From Phoronis australis (taxonomy: Eukaryota; Animalia; Phoronida), in the NCBI GenBank assembly GCA_002633005.1, contig NMRA01000221.1:374290-438289 (forward strand): DNA of 64,000 bases. The letters are read 5' to 3'. The notes beneath the pieces were generated by a model that saw only the letters and a program-made list of their open reading frames with translations, was not told where the DNA came from and searched no databases. Below are positions 24,001 through 39,000 of this stretch, one piece after another. How positions within the stretch are numbered: the stretch's first letter is position 1; the number at the start of each line of letters is the position of its first letter. The position numbers and the translations under genes were made by a program.

Positions 24001-27000
24001 CGAATGAATTATCATAATTTATGAAGTTAGTTGCATTCAACAAATGAATCGTGCTGTTACCGTAGTTGAGAATGTTGCAATCATTATGTGGAGTACACCA
24101 AATGCGTAACAATGGTAACGTTTTACACAGCAGTACGCTCTACTGTGTGTTAAAAAGGCTAAGAAATGCCATACAAGCACATGTACAACTGCTCAAAAAA
24201 GCAAGTGAAATACTATCTGTTTTCCAATCCTAATATCAAAAAACAACAAATGAACGTATTTCATACATGTGTCACTTCTTTTAAACTCCTTGAAAACTAT
24301 GGCAGACATGCTATACCATAAATAAACTGTTCTTTTTATCAAGTGCTATGTCTTACCTTCATCCCTGCCAATGACAACTTGTTGTTTATTTTGTACGCAC
24401 CGATCGTCATAGGAGTAGTATGAAGAAGAACATCACTGAACTAGAATATGTTAATATAAATTAAAATTCGGAATATTTCAAAAAGGTTTCCTTACACAAA
24501 ATCTTATTATAATCTTATTATAAGGAGAGCACCTTCAAAACAATGTCAAACAAAAATTACATAAAAATTCCTTAACTTAAAGAAGCAATTTATTTGTAAC
24601 TAAACAACACTCAAACTTTCTATCACATTAACTTCTTTGCACATTTCAGTGGGATAGAAGTCTCTGAGAGTGTTTCTTTAAGCAAAATGATTGATTGTAC
24701 ATCCTATATGATGTTTTATTGCCCTTTGCTATAGACTGCTTCCTGAAAGCTTCCAATATAAAGCCTTTTAATGATCACTTAGTTCTTCCTCCCTACTAGC
24801 GCCTCCTATTGCTTCTAACATAAAGCCTATTAATGATCACTTTGGTCTTCCTTCCTACTAGTGCCTCCTAGTGTTCCATCTAAACTTCCATCGATCAGTT
24901 TGTTTTTGCATTAGTATGGTTTATTTGAATTAATAAGGTTATGTGAGACAATTTTAGTTAAATATCCAAAATTGGATATGTCCCTGACAGAGATTGCTCA
25001 TCAAATTAAAGTAAAATTATCACATATTGTACATTCTGCATTATTCTACCATACTTTGTTAGGAATAAGATGTTCCACATGATAGGCTATCAAAATTTGT
25101 GGCTTTCACAATTTTCAAGTTGCATAAAACAAAATGAATAGGATAATTTGCAAAACTGCAAATGTTACAGTGCTTTTAAGATTTCATCTCGAACATGTAC
25201 ATCAAATGAAATTTGGTCATGTTATCCATTTTTTTGCTGTTAGGCATGTACCTTCCTGTTTAAAAAGATGTGACGAAATTAATGACCGATTGGTTCTAAG
25301 TTAAATTTCAAATTCTACAGACTTTCTGCTTTCAGAAAATTTAGTCACCAAGTGCACTAAAATTTGTACAAGTAGGAGCCAAATAGATTGAGAGATACCA
25401 ACAGAGTAAGGTGAAATCCTACTTATTTGCAGGCTCAGGTACAACAGTTCAGCCAAACTTTGAACGAGTTATTTAAGCAAAAATCCAACTTTTGCAAGTG
25501 CGACATATGTGATTTTTACACACTGTAAATTCTAGTTACATAGAAATATGGCTAAACGTGCAGGTCTCACATACTCTTAACTGTATTTCAAAATTAAAAT
25601 TTACTGCATGCTGAACCTCACAATAAGCTAAAATAAAGGACTCAGTCCAATACAACATTTTGGATGCTAACTTGGAATATTTTGGAGGACTAGAAAGCGC
25701 ACATCTTCTTACCAGGAAGAACCTGCGCGGCTGCATCTCCTTCCTCGACAGTTTCATCAAGTCGCCTTCTCTCACCATCGTCCTGCCTGGCTGTACTGCT
25801 ACAAACTCGCCACCTACCAGTCGCTCCTGAACCTGCAGCAGCTCTCGCTGGTTGTCCTGGCAACACACAACAAGATGAAAGCAATCTGACCGAGTGCAGA
25901 AATACATCTACCGTAGTGTCACATATCAGCACTGGTCCCTTAATAACAGCCGGTTTCTAATAAGCGCCGGGTAAAAGCCAGGTAAAATGCCATAGTTCAA
26001 TAAGTGCCAGAGGAAGTAATTCAAGAGTAATTGAAAGAAAAACTCTGATCGCATTACTGGATAGTGTAAGGCCTGTTAACTGAATGTAAGTCGACATAAC
26101 GCATGGAAATTAATGAATAGATGCAACACAGGCATTAAATTCATGAGAGACGTAATGGTTGGTTTAAAAACAAAACGTTATGACATGAAGAAGCTAGTCG
26201 CCCAATCGTCCGGTTGTCACGTGAAACCAACACTGCTAAAACAATGTTTATTTATAAAAACTTATCAAACATATCACGCAGTTGGTAACAACAGCAACAG
26301 TAAGTGAGCACCGGGTTTGCAAAACTGGCCTTGTTGAATAAGCAATTGCTTTTCAATAAATGCTGGTTAAGAATACGCACTGGGTCAAAAAAAGTTAAGA
26401 AAAATAAGCCCCAGGATGCTAATATGTGACACTACAGAAACTTAAATTTACAAAATGTGTAAAATAGCAACAATTGTACTTTTTAAGGTAAATTGCAATC
26501 AAGCCAAGACCATGTTTAAAAGATGTTCGCACTTGCATACACCTTTAGTGACAAAACAAATTCGTAAATTAACATCAATCAAACCACACTATTCCAGTTA
26601 AAAAGTATAACGTAATCTTTACACAGATAACATCAAGAGATTTGACCCTTGACCCTAAATACTGACCCCTTCACGCATCGCTTCGTTGGCATGGTCAGCC
26701 ACTTCGCTCACAATACGCAGAGCATCTGAAATGAAAAAGAGTGACGGAGATGAATATTCTCAGAACAAACTCGAAAGAGGAACAACAATACAAAATTAAT
26801 TTAAATTTACTGAACTCAACTTTTATGATCAACTGATGGTACAGTTTCTTCAAAGTTAAACAAAAATATCGGACAAAATTGTATTTTTTCATTTTTCAAA
26901 TGCTCGCACTATTGCCAAAAATGTTCCAAATTTCTTCCCGTGTTTGTTGATGACAGCCAGACTAATAAATGTAAAGTTTCCAAATAATCAAGTAAATTGT

Positions 27001-30000
27001 CTTCTTGTTTACTCTTGTTCAAAATTTTGATCAAATAAAATTTTACTGCTCTGAATTATTGTGTTCTAATTTGAAGAAACTTAAATTTTTTGTTCTGCTT
27101 ATAAGTACGTTCTTGCCAAGACAAGCATCTAGTATCATTGTGTGGTCACATGAATTGGGGTGTATGCAGACCCCGGGCACAGGAGTATGAAAAGTGGATG
27201 AAACAACTGGGTTACACCAGAGTTGATATACACAACTAACGCAAGTGTTAGTAAAACTACAATTACCTTTTGTATCATCCAGATCTGGTGAATCGGGAGG
27301 CAGTTTGTCCAGATAGGCTGTAAAATAAACAGACACCTGAAGACCTAATTCCAAGACCTGTAAAATTACCAGACACCTGTGTATCATAAGACTAAGAGCT
27401 GTTAAGACGCGGTGTAGTAAGAACTATTAAAACAACATCCAGCTAAAAAAATACCATCTATACGCCTCTCTATAAAGCATACTCACTAGATAACAGCATC
27501 TTGTACTGTGGGATTCTCTGAATAGGTTTCAACATGTAGTGTCCCAAGGCAAGCCGAGCACATCTATCACTCATCTAAAGCAAAATACATCAGATATCTT
27601 CAAAAAAAAACCTAGAGAGCGAGGGTAAGGTCAAATGCTGCAAATGACAACAGGAAACAGTAACTAAATAATCAGGCCAAATTAATTAATAGTTAAATGA
27701 AACAAGAGATGTAATAAGAGCACTTTATGAATGCGAGTTTAACTTCATGTATCGCATTACAATACACCTTGCTACACGCAGTTATATCAGTATTTATCAA
27801 AACAGGCCAATAACATTGTGACTTTGGACCAAAACGGAAAGTTTAAATTTTCAGGAGAGCCGGTTATCAGTCACACTTTCAGTTTTCAAGGTATGGAGTA
27901 CTTTTCGTTTCGATATCATACCGGTATTTCTTTTTTCGGTATTCGGTAGTACCTGGACTGGGAGCGGGTTCCCAACCCTAATATTCAGTATTTAATATCA
28001 AATTAAATGGAGGCTGATTACGATTAGCACTCAGTAAAAGCTCACGTCACAAAACCACATTATCAATGACAAGTGAACCAAACGTCATACCTGGAATTTT
28101 TTGACCACCTCAAGAAACTGCGGATGTTTCTTGCAGGCTTCTTCAAAAGCTTGCATAGTTGAGTTGAAGTCTTTGATGTAGGATGTGTAGAGCTTGAGGA
28201 AGGGACCCTTACGGACAAAGATGTCAGCCACCCGAGGATCCTCATCCCTAAGATGGTTAGAACATTTTTTAAATAACCAAGACTGAATAGAATGTATGAA
28301 AAAGGTCAATAGTTGGATATGACATGTCCCTATCTTGAGAACCAGTTTGATGCAAGTTATTTAGTTGAGAATGACATGTTCCTATCTTGAGAACCAGTTT
28401 GATGCAAGTTATTTAGTTGAGAATGACATGTCCCTATCTTGAGAACCAGTTTGATGCCCGTTATTTAGTTGACAATGACATGTCCCTATCTTGAGAACCA
28501 ATTTGATGCCCGTTATTTAGTAGGATATGACATGTCCCTATCTTGAGAACCAGTTTGATGTCCGTTATTTACTTGAGAATGACATGTCCCTATCTTGAGA
28601 ACCAGTTTGATGCCCGTTATTTAGTTGAGAAAACTGGTTCAGAGTCTTAAAATGCGGGCGCGTTATATCTGACTATTTCCTTAAAAAAGTGTACTCAAAG
28701 CACTTTCTAATGCTTGAAATTTTATAGCTTTCTGTTTTTATTCATGGGAATAACAAAGATGAATGAAATAACATGTCACACAGTCATGCTTCAAAATAAT
28801 AGGTAAACATGATTTGATTTTCTTAATTCAAAAAATTGTTTAGGGTTTCTCACTGTATTACGGGTTTCAGATTTCTCAAAAGGAGGCTACATCTGATGGT
28901 AATAAGTTACAAAGATAATATTTAAATCCTGTGCAGATGCGTGTAGTTTGGTCCCTAGCCCACTGATAAATAAAATATTGACACACGGCAAGTATACTAT
29001 TGACCTCCACAAAATCACATCCAAAACATGTAGTCAATACCACGTCAAGGTTTACATTATGTTCTGGATCTAATAGTTGCAATCAGAAATTCAGGAGTTC
29101 AAGCAAATCTGCTCAAGACGTCTTTTATTTGTCAACAGTTCCCTTGAGTTCTGCCTTCCTACTTTGTGAACTTTTCTTAGAAACTAACCCCTGCTGCTCC
29201 AACATGGTTATTAACAAGATGATCCTTAACCAATTACAGCTCACATCACACAGTCATGTGACCAGTGCTCTTGTGATTGGCCAGTCTGACTCACCAGTGC
29301 TCAATCCTCTGCTCAAGGTCACTCAGGAGGTCTTGACTGAACCTGTGCATCTGAGGCAGGTTGTTAAGGATAAGGTTGAGTTGACTGGCTGGGATGACGG
29401 GTGCATCTAATTCAGCTGTGGCCTCGTCTACAGCATGACGGAAATCCTGTGCACAAAGACGACAGTTTAACTCATGAAGAATTTTCATAAGAAAACTAAT
29501 TAACATAAAACCGACAGAAGGTGACTAGGGTGTCCAATTTCGGCCTCAAAGTTAACGTACTCTCATTGTGTGAATCTGCAAAAATTACGGAATAGTCAGA
29601 TATACCGTGCCCTCATTTTGTGAACCAGTTTTCTCCACTGAATAATAATCATCAAACTGGTCCTCAAAATATGAGCACGTTATATCAAAGAACTGCATTA
29701 CTAGAGTGTAGCTCACTAACTACACTGGAGACTGAGTGGGCAGAGGAAGTGGGAGGGGGTGGTAATATGATTTTTTGATTTTTATTTATAAAGTGAGACA
29801 TGGTACTTACCTGATTGAGCAGTGCCAGGACATCAACAAAGACCCTCTCAGACGACATAATCTCTTCAGCGATGCAAAAGATTTTGTTTTTCTTCGGTGC
29901 AGGCTAGAAAGTAAGAAAATGCTTTTCAGGTACCAACACAAACTAAGTACGAATCAAGATTGCAAAAACGTTCAAATTCGTTTGAGCCAACAGAGGATTA

Positions 30001-33000
30001 TATGAGAGTCAGGCATTAAAAAACCCGTACACAGACCATCCCTTAACTGCTTCATCGATACGGCAACTGCACCTTCCTTTAGTGAATTTATCAACCAATC
30101 CAATACAGCTTTGAATTGTTTTTTATCATACATTAACCAGAGACAATGAACACAACACTTGCTGTTTCTGCCTTAAAACAACTTCAGCAGCAGAGAAACT
30201 AATAGACGGATGACTTTGTGTAATGGTAGTAAACTATTATTTGCCTCCTATCAATCGGTAAAATGCAATTCACGTCTGCTTCACTACTGCACAACGTAAT
30301 TCACCTTTCCATTTTCTGCACTTCCCTCCGCCTCCTGACCATCCGGTGCGTCGTCTTCGTCTGAAGAAGAGGCTGGGTCAGAAGTGGCATTGTCGGACGT
30401 GGCATTGTCAGACGTCACACATCCCAACTGTTCATCAATGGCTGCGAGTAGATTCTCACGACTGAAAGTTTTACCTGACAAGGGAGAATAAATGCGAAAT
30501 AAACAAATGAGAAGCCATGAGAATAGCAGGAAAAGAGCACGACAACGCTTAATGGAGGGTAAACAGACTTCAGTTAAAGATGCAATACGACTAATAAGCT
30601 GAATTTCAGTTGGCAAAATTTCTGAACAAAAACAAGTAACTTTAAATAAAATTTTACTTCCAATTGCTAGCATGAGGTGTGCAGTACAGCTCTTACTAAA
30701 CATACTTAGGTTAACTTTTAATTATATAAGCATTTGTAGCAATGCGGTAAAACTTACTAATAAAAGAATAATTATCTACATTCCGAAATTCAAGACTTTT
30801 TTACAGCAGAAATAAAATCTTGAAAATAATTTAAAAATATTTCAACACCACAAAACTCCTCATAGTGAATACACATTGCTTTTAAAACAGCTTAACTTTC
30901 TTTTAATTAACAAGTAGCATATCACAAATTGATGTACATTGATGCGCGGAATCAACACCAGATGGCAGTGGGATTAAAGAAATTTCAGATAACACAACAG
31001 AAAAGGTGTAGGAAGGATTTGTGTAACAGAGCAATAAATTCAGTGATAGCACATCAAAGGAATAACTAAATGATAAGAATTTATAAATAAAATCCCACCA
31101 AATAAGTCAGATAGTGATAATTCTGTCAACTGCTTTGATTTACTGTATCTTTTTAAACAAAAACGACCATTGAGTTATCAAAATGTGCAATTTATTATGA
31201 TCACAATTCTGTGAGACGTGATGTCATCCATTACCTGTTTCTGCAGTTTGGTTAAACAAATGAATCAACCTGCGCACACCAAAACCTGGCGCGATTTCCA
31301 CGTTTCTGTGACAGTCTAAAATCACACGTACTAAATATTCAGAAACATTCACTGCACAGTAACATATACCCCCAGCGTACGTTAGACTAGCGAGAGTACG
31401 CAAGCATAGAGAAGACATTAAAAGACATGCATAACTCACCAATCAACTATCAGGCACTTTCAAGGAATCCTGAATTGTCTGACTGCACAAAGCAAACATG
31501 ACAAGAGATGATGTACATGCAGGCAGATGCATTCATGGTGCAGCTTAGTACAGGCGCCATGCACAGGAGTGAAATATGAAAACTAGCAAGAAGCTGGGCA
31601 GGTAGGCATTAAACAAGTCGCTACTAGCAGGATATAATTCTGGGTACCTATCAGGGTTATGTGGGTTAGCAGGGTCAAGGTCAGTGCGCAGCAAGGTGAG
31701 GAGTTAGAACATCCAGTAACCTTTCAACACAATGCGATGTCATTTACGAGGTATATGCAGAGATGAGACGAAAGAACCACCAGCACCAACCACCGTGACT
31801 GGCAACGAAAGGAGGTACACAGATATACACACAGGTGGAGTGTAGGACAAGGCAAGACAAAACTACAACACAGTTAGTGAGGTTGCACACTCAAGTCCAC
31901 GTGATACCTGTCATGTCGATGTATTCACATTCACGTAGACTGTGGCGCCCACTCTTGGACCTCTTTCTGGGTGTCACCTGGTAACTGTCCTCATCACTCG
32001 TCTCCTTGTCAGGGTCATGGATGGTATATTCATCTTCTTGATCAGAATCAGGCAGCGTGTATTCGTCTTCCATGTGACCATCTGCAGTAGCTAGAGCGCC
32101 ATCCCCAGGACTAGTCGCGTGACTTGAGGTTATCTCCCCAAACTGCGAAGGAAACAGTGACTGCATTCGCTTGTTCCTCGGCGGAGGTACTGGTGGCGAC
32201 ACAACAGATGTCTCTGGAGACATTGTGATCCTCCTCTCAGACTCGTCTTCAGAATCTTCGGAGATGTCTTGATAGATTTCTGTGTCAGGGCCATGTTGAG
32301 CGTCAACTCCAATGGGTTCGTAGATATGACTACTCACACCACTTTGAACACTCGCGTCGGAGTTGCTGCGCATCTTTCTCTCGTCGTCACTCGAGTCAAT
32401 ATCAGCGTAGCAGTGACCTTCCTCCGCATCGCCGGCAGAGTTTGACCTTGGCTTCAAGTAACCCATTGAATCATACTTTGGTCCACTTTTATGACCAGCA
32501 CTTCTTTTACGTGTCTTATTACTCCTGTCCGATTTATTCGATCCCCGACTACTTCTCTTGTCATCTTTCAAAGATCCCCCACTGCTCTCCTTGTCAGGCC
32601 TAGTCTGTTCTGTAAATGATGCCCGAGTATTGTCCTTCACCTTTGCTTCAACCTCTTTTTCACTTTTTTCATTAGATGGCAGTGCTCCCTCCCTCATCCT
32701 TCTCAGTGCTATAGGCGGTGGTGGGGCCGGTCTGGTTGGACGTTTCGGTTTTGCCATCACTGGTGGTTTTTCACCTTTCCCTTGGTCAGAGTTCTGAGTA
32801 TTTTTACCAGGTGTTGTAACAGGGTACACCATCTTGGACACCATTTGTTCAGGTGATGTTGCATTAGGTTTACTTTGTGGCGTTGGGAGTGTGGGCTGCG
32901 ATGCAGGCACATGGGTAGGTAACTGACCAATGACAGACATCCTGTATTCACTACTGCCAGGATCAGAGAACACACTAACCATGCTAAGCCGCGGGTCAGA

Positions 33001-36000
33001 CTCCCCCACAAATTGATCACCAGTCTCCCCCACATCACAGTAAAATGTACTAGATGTCTTGCTGCTTTGCTCAGACGACGAGCTGCTCTTACGAGACACC
33101 CTGTGTTTGAATTGGGAGAGAAGCTTTGACCCCTTCTGAAGAAATGAACCTGTCCCGTGGCTCTTCCTTCCCTCAGAGGATGACGATGATTGGCTATCGC
33201 TTCGAGGCTTTGCAGGCGGATGGTCAGGAGTAAATAGAGGTATGACAGGGACAGATCCTGCTCGCAATCGTGCTGTGTCTGAAAGTAGTTCGTTATTAGT
33301 CATTCGAATTCTGCAGCAAAAAAATAGTGCATCTCTGACCAGGGTATTTAATGTTTCTGGACAATCGAGGAACCATAAATCCTGACTCATTTTTTGGTGT
33401 TTTGTAAATTCCCTTTGTGAAATTTCACACGTTCATGCGGCCTCGATATGTGAAATGCTCATAAAATAATGATACTAGAGCTCCTACCAGAAGACTAAAA
33501 TTTATCCACATGACTGCAGAAAACTTACACAGCAAGCGAGACCAGAGGATTTGCAAATATCACATTCCAAAGAAAAGTAATGATAAAAAAGCTGTCATCA
33601 GACAAGCAAAAGAAGTTGTGCATGACCTCCGGCCACACATAAGTGAGAAGTAAACACAGGAAAAAAGTAATTAAAGAAAAAATCTAGAAAAGATACTAGC
33701 GGTAGTTTTCAGAAAAGTCAACGATATTTTGTCTCGGCGAAGATTGGCAAAATTTTGAAGCTAAATTTTTGGCGCACTTTCAAATTGTTTAATGTTATTT
33801 TTTGTCTAGTTCCCATCTGTAGCTTCACCATAATTCAACAAAGCCATATGAATATCGACAAAATTAAACTTCTTGAAATTTGTCGTTTTCTTGGAAACTA
33901 CCGCAGCCACTGAGAGCTTCCTAAATGTTTACCAACCTTGCTCCAAAACTGAATCTGAAGTGGCTGGCAACAGCGCTGAAATAGCCGGCTGGCGATCTTT
34001 ACCATTAACCGGGGCTTTCGCACCCCGGGCTCTTGGTGAAGGTTGACCTTTGGAATTCTCCGCTTCTGTATTTTTCTCACCCAAGGATGTAGAAATAATG
34101 TCAGATGCATTGTTGTTTGGTTCCAGTGCACATGAACCGATGTTACCACTAGGTAGGCCAGAGTTTGAGACTGGCAGGCTGTGCAGACCAGCACGTTCTG
34201 TAGAATATTGTGTAAGACCTTGTTCTTCCAGTGGGGTTATGGTGTCCGTATGCACTACGTCCTCACTACTGATATCAATACTGTTATCGTGACTGCTTTC
34301 CAGCAAAGACTCCAAAGTCGAGTCTTCTTTTGGAATGTTACAAATATCTCCGTCTGCTTCTTTGGAAATACACTCCTCTTGTACTAAACTGAGTCTTTTA
34401 AGTACACTGGCCAATCCTTCACTTGCTAGAGAATCATTATTTTCTGACTGCAGCTCCCCCACGAGATCTCCAAGAGACCTACTACGTCTCCTCAAGGCCT
34501 TGTCCAGCTTTGAAGCTATGGGACGAGTTGATGAAATGGGTTCATCATCAATATGACCAAGATTTTCGGTGGATTTACTTCTCAGGAAAGGTTTAGGTGG
34601 TTTGGGTGGTTTATTGGGTAATTTTCTCTGCACAACTGGTGGAAAAAGGTTCTCTGAAACTGATGGTTCAGTTGACTTTTCAAGCTCTAGAGAAGAATCT
34701 TCAAATCTTTTCTTAATCTCACTGATGGCATTTTTGTTGCATGCAACGTTTCTTATGTCATTGAGCGGAGAATGCGACTTGCGTTTATGTCTAGGCGGGA
34801 CATGTGGAGTTGTCTCCTCCGTATTGCGTACACTGTCAAAGGCTAGACTGTCACTACAAACTTTCACGGAGTCTGCGCCTGGTCCCCGTGAGTTAGCTTC
34901 CTTAGTTTCTGGAGTTCGTTTCCTTGGAACGGGTCTAGTCTGATCAACACACACATTTTCTCTAGACAGCTTATTAACAAGTTCCTGAACACTAGTTTTT
35001 GGTGACTGGCCTGCACTGCCAATGTCATTCTGTTTTTCCTGGCAATTAGCGCCATCTGCAGGTGAACCCAGATTATCACCACTCTGTGGAGGAAAGGACA
35101 AGCCTGGTGCTAAGGTAGAAGCGGGACTTCTCGGAGGTTTGGGCGGTCCACTAAGTGGTGCAGGTGGTTTGGCCACAGGAGGCTGTGCTGGGGGCCCTGC
35201 TGCAGGCCGGCGGGGTCGTGGGGGCGGTGCACGTGACCTCTGGCTGCTGTTGGAACCATCATCTGAGGAAGACAGACAGACAACAGTGAGCTAGCAGGCC
35301 ACCAGGTGGTGCTGGTGCAGAGTGTTATACTGTCATAACATCAATCAATAACACAATAGAACACAGGTAATGTGAAGCAAATATAATTTTTTTATGACAC
35401 AATTATTTATTTTCACCATTTTCTCTGCCTACTGAATTTTTTGTGATGATGAATTTGTAGATAATCCAAGCGTCGCTAATGAATATTATTGCATTTTTTT
35501 CAATCCTCAAAAAAGCCAACACTTAATTAAGTGGTTATATGCCAAAAAGTGAACTTTTGAAGATTTAGAGCTCATACTGCTACAAAACCAGTCCCAACTT
35601 GTTCTTTACACAGGCAGGAAGTGACTTCTGGTTTGCAAAAAATGGCCACTCCTTAATCCTCGAAACCATGTTCAATTTGATCGAGGAACAATTTGATCAA
35701 GGAACAATCTGAAACCAAGGTTTAACAGTAAGTGTTCTAAATGAAAAAAGATTTTGTGATGGAAGGCAGATTTGTGCCAGCCTTAAGTAATCATTACAGT
35801 AGACATCAAATGCAACATCGCGTATTAACATCAAATACAGAGAGTTTTAGGACATTATTTTCCCCATATAGCAGAAACTGAACGTTTGCACACAGTTATT
35901 TTACAACACTCAAAGTCTTAAGAACAACCTTCAAACTCATAGAAAGGACCAGCAAACTCAAAATTATGTAAAAAACACCGATTCTTACTTCCGTCTGCAG

Positions 36001-39000
36001 TATTTCTACTGACATTCAAGTTCAGTTTTGGCTTTAAAGCAACAGCAGGCTTCTTCCCAACAACAGGTGGCGCTCGAGGTTTGGGCTTGGGACTTCTGAA
36101 AAAATCAAGAAATGCAAACTAGTTGTTCAAATCTGCTTCGATAATTTAGAAGTTTCTTCTGCACGCTCATTTATCAAACAACTGTTGTTATGGCATCTCA
36201 TAATCTTTAAACGTATTATTCATATGCCAAATAAGCGACTTGCTCGGGACAACTTCATTTCATTTCAGTAACATGGCAAATTGGTCATTTTCAGACCCCT
36301 TGACAATTAATGCTTTCAGCAATTTTAAACATTGATTTCTCTTTTGTGTGAGGGTCAATGTGCACGAACTCTGATTTTACAGTCAATGGCTTAGGGAACC
36401 CTACACATACTTTCGATTTTCCTTTGAACTACAAACAAAACATCAACAATGGCAAGTTGCTCAAAAGGAAGTTTCATGTCTGATTTTCCGGTTGATTGAA
36501 GGTACACCAAAAAAAAACCCGAGACACAGCTCACTGTATACTCACCGTGAATATATATCTAGATCAAGTCCCAATATGACCAGCATAAAAATTTGTGTTG
36601 GAAGCAAAAACGGGTTTTCACAAAAAGGATGGCCATGTGATTATAAATGACTGGGCGCTGGTTCAAGGCATGAATTAAGATTTTTCAGGGCTCAGGGATC
36701 CACAAAAGTATAATTTTGTGAGTGGAAACAGACAGTAAGGTTTATCACAAAACGTGAAAGGACATTACAAAAGATCAAAAACTATCTTAAAATGTCACGG
36801 TAAGATCATTTTAATCATAACCTTTTTTCATTCCGCCAAAGGATTAAGTATTTTGTTGTTATTCAAAGTGTTTTCCACTGAAGACCAGCATGAGGGAAAC
36901 TGACCACGGAGACCAATTCCCATAATGCATTTTCACTCAATTCAGACACAGTAACATTGATTATACAGTATATAAGGACAATTTCCACATGTAGACTTTT
37001 GTAATGAGCTGGTATAACAATTTAAGAAGCTTACCCTCAGAACCATAGATTTGATCTCTAAACACAAGGTTAGAAATCATCCAGTGATATTATATTAAAC
37101 TATTTAACACAAACAAAGGTCAACTGATTTCAAACAAACTTGAACAAATATTACAGCATGCAACATTTGATAGATAAAGACATCCCCATTATTGCCTTTG
37201 ATATAAATTCCTATGCTGCCTTTTGATGAGGGCTCTCACAATCGTAAAGCATAAACAAGATAAGAGTTTGATTTCCTGGATGATATCAACTATCTATACA
37301 GAGGAAATATTATCAGTGCAGACATCCTTGAATGAACATAAATCAAGAACAAAAAACGAGGAAACTATTAAAAAAATTAAAAAATCAGACTTGAGGAAGT
37401 AGCACCAGTCTGCGGTATTGGGTAAGATTGAACAAGCAAATCATTAGCATAACTAGAGATATGTGCAAGCTGTTACCATGGTGACAGCTGGTTCATTATC
37501 ACAGACAAAGCACAGGTAATGGACAGGGAAGAGATAGAAAATCAATACAAGGAATCAAAATTTAAGTTTAATCAGCATTTGTGGATTAAAGAGGTTCCTA
37601 CTCAGATAAGTGTACAAAGCCATCAATTTAAACTGACGTGGGCAGGAGAAATTACATTCTAGGATTAAAGCTTTAAAGGGAGACTTCACTGGATAGCTTT
37701 AACTGGCGTAACTTATGTATTAGGGCACATTCTCTGATTTTAGGTACTACCAGATTTTTATGTTAGGACACATTTTGTCTTTATATTCTGCCAGAATTTG
37801 TATATTGGGAATGTTCCATCTTCTGAATTTACACATTAAGTGTCGTGTATTGGGGCATGATTTGTCTGATTTTACACGCTGGCATTTTTCACAAATATCA
37901 GCCTAAGGCTGAAAGTTGGAAAATCTGTCTACAGCTTCAAGTCAAAAGACAAAAATCTGAAGTATGCTCGAATATTCAGAAGACCATAGGTTTTGAAAAA
38001 TGCAAGACATAAAAATCAATTTTCGTCTATCATGCTCAGATATCTGACTTTCAGCTTAAGTCAAAAGAGTAACAGACTCCACGTCAAAATGACGTGCAAA
38101 ATCTGTTCAAGAACCTCCGCTTATTTCGCACAAAAATAATTGTTACAAATTGCAATTTGCCATTTTTCTGAAGCTGATTTATAACTTCCCTGAAAATAAT
38201 GGAAACTCGCCCAAACTTATTTTATGACACCTACATAGCACAAACCAAACCATGCCAGTAGTAGACTAAAGTTTGAACTTAATTTCTATGGAGAAATTTG
38301 ACGAAATAGAATTTAACTTGACGGCCACACTACGCATTCAATCAGTGACCAATTACAGTATAAATCTCAGAATGGTGGGTCTGTGAAAATCAAGCCTAGT
38401 TCTCAGTAAACCATCACGCAACATGATAAGGAAGAAACAACAATCTAAATTACTTGTACGGGTCAACGACCTCCAAGAAACTCTGCCAGGGCCTAAGCCT
38501 CAGCCTTTGTACGGTATACATAACAGAGGTGTAGTGAGTACTAACCAGTCTACCATCATCTTACCCCCCTCCACAGTGTTATTGATGTCAGTGACCTCAC
38601 AGGCAATTGTTACTTGGGCAGAGAACACACTATTATACTAGTATACATCCATTTCTCAGTAACAATAAGTGTGAAATAGATACTTGTCAGTGCATCAATG
38701 TGAAAACTTATCACCGGGTGAGAGGGAGGGAGTGTAGTGGAGTGGGGTAAGTGTCCACTTCCTTTACTCAAGGTAACGGGTTCAAGTCCCACTGAGGCTC
38801 GCTGCTAGACTTAGATTCAGGTTTCTAGGTCCTCAGCTTGGTTTTATCTATCGTTATGTGTTAATAAAGCAAAATTGTTCCAGGTAATCAGTGTAACAAG
38901 GCAACTTAAGTTGAGCAGCCTGTGTACACCTATTGTGTATCAAGATTTTTAACTATGGAGAATTGTGCATATTTACCTTCTAAAAATGAACGAAATAAAA

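Noticed and set aside
33311-33325. Acceptor ttttttgctgcag for the large FGD6 exon
   Set aside because: Joining it to either nearby upstream donor creates an immediate stop; the acceptor at 33279-33281 keeps the frame
31891-35176. Two stand-alone genes (499 aa and 415 aa ORFs)
   Set aside because: Both have phase-compatible splice sites and are internal exons of the FGD6-like gene
38723-38800. tRNA gene
   Set aside because: A and B boxes are present but no cloverleaf is evident, and the sequence continues into a body shared with other SINE copies
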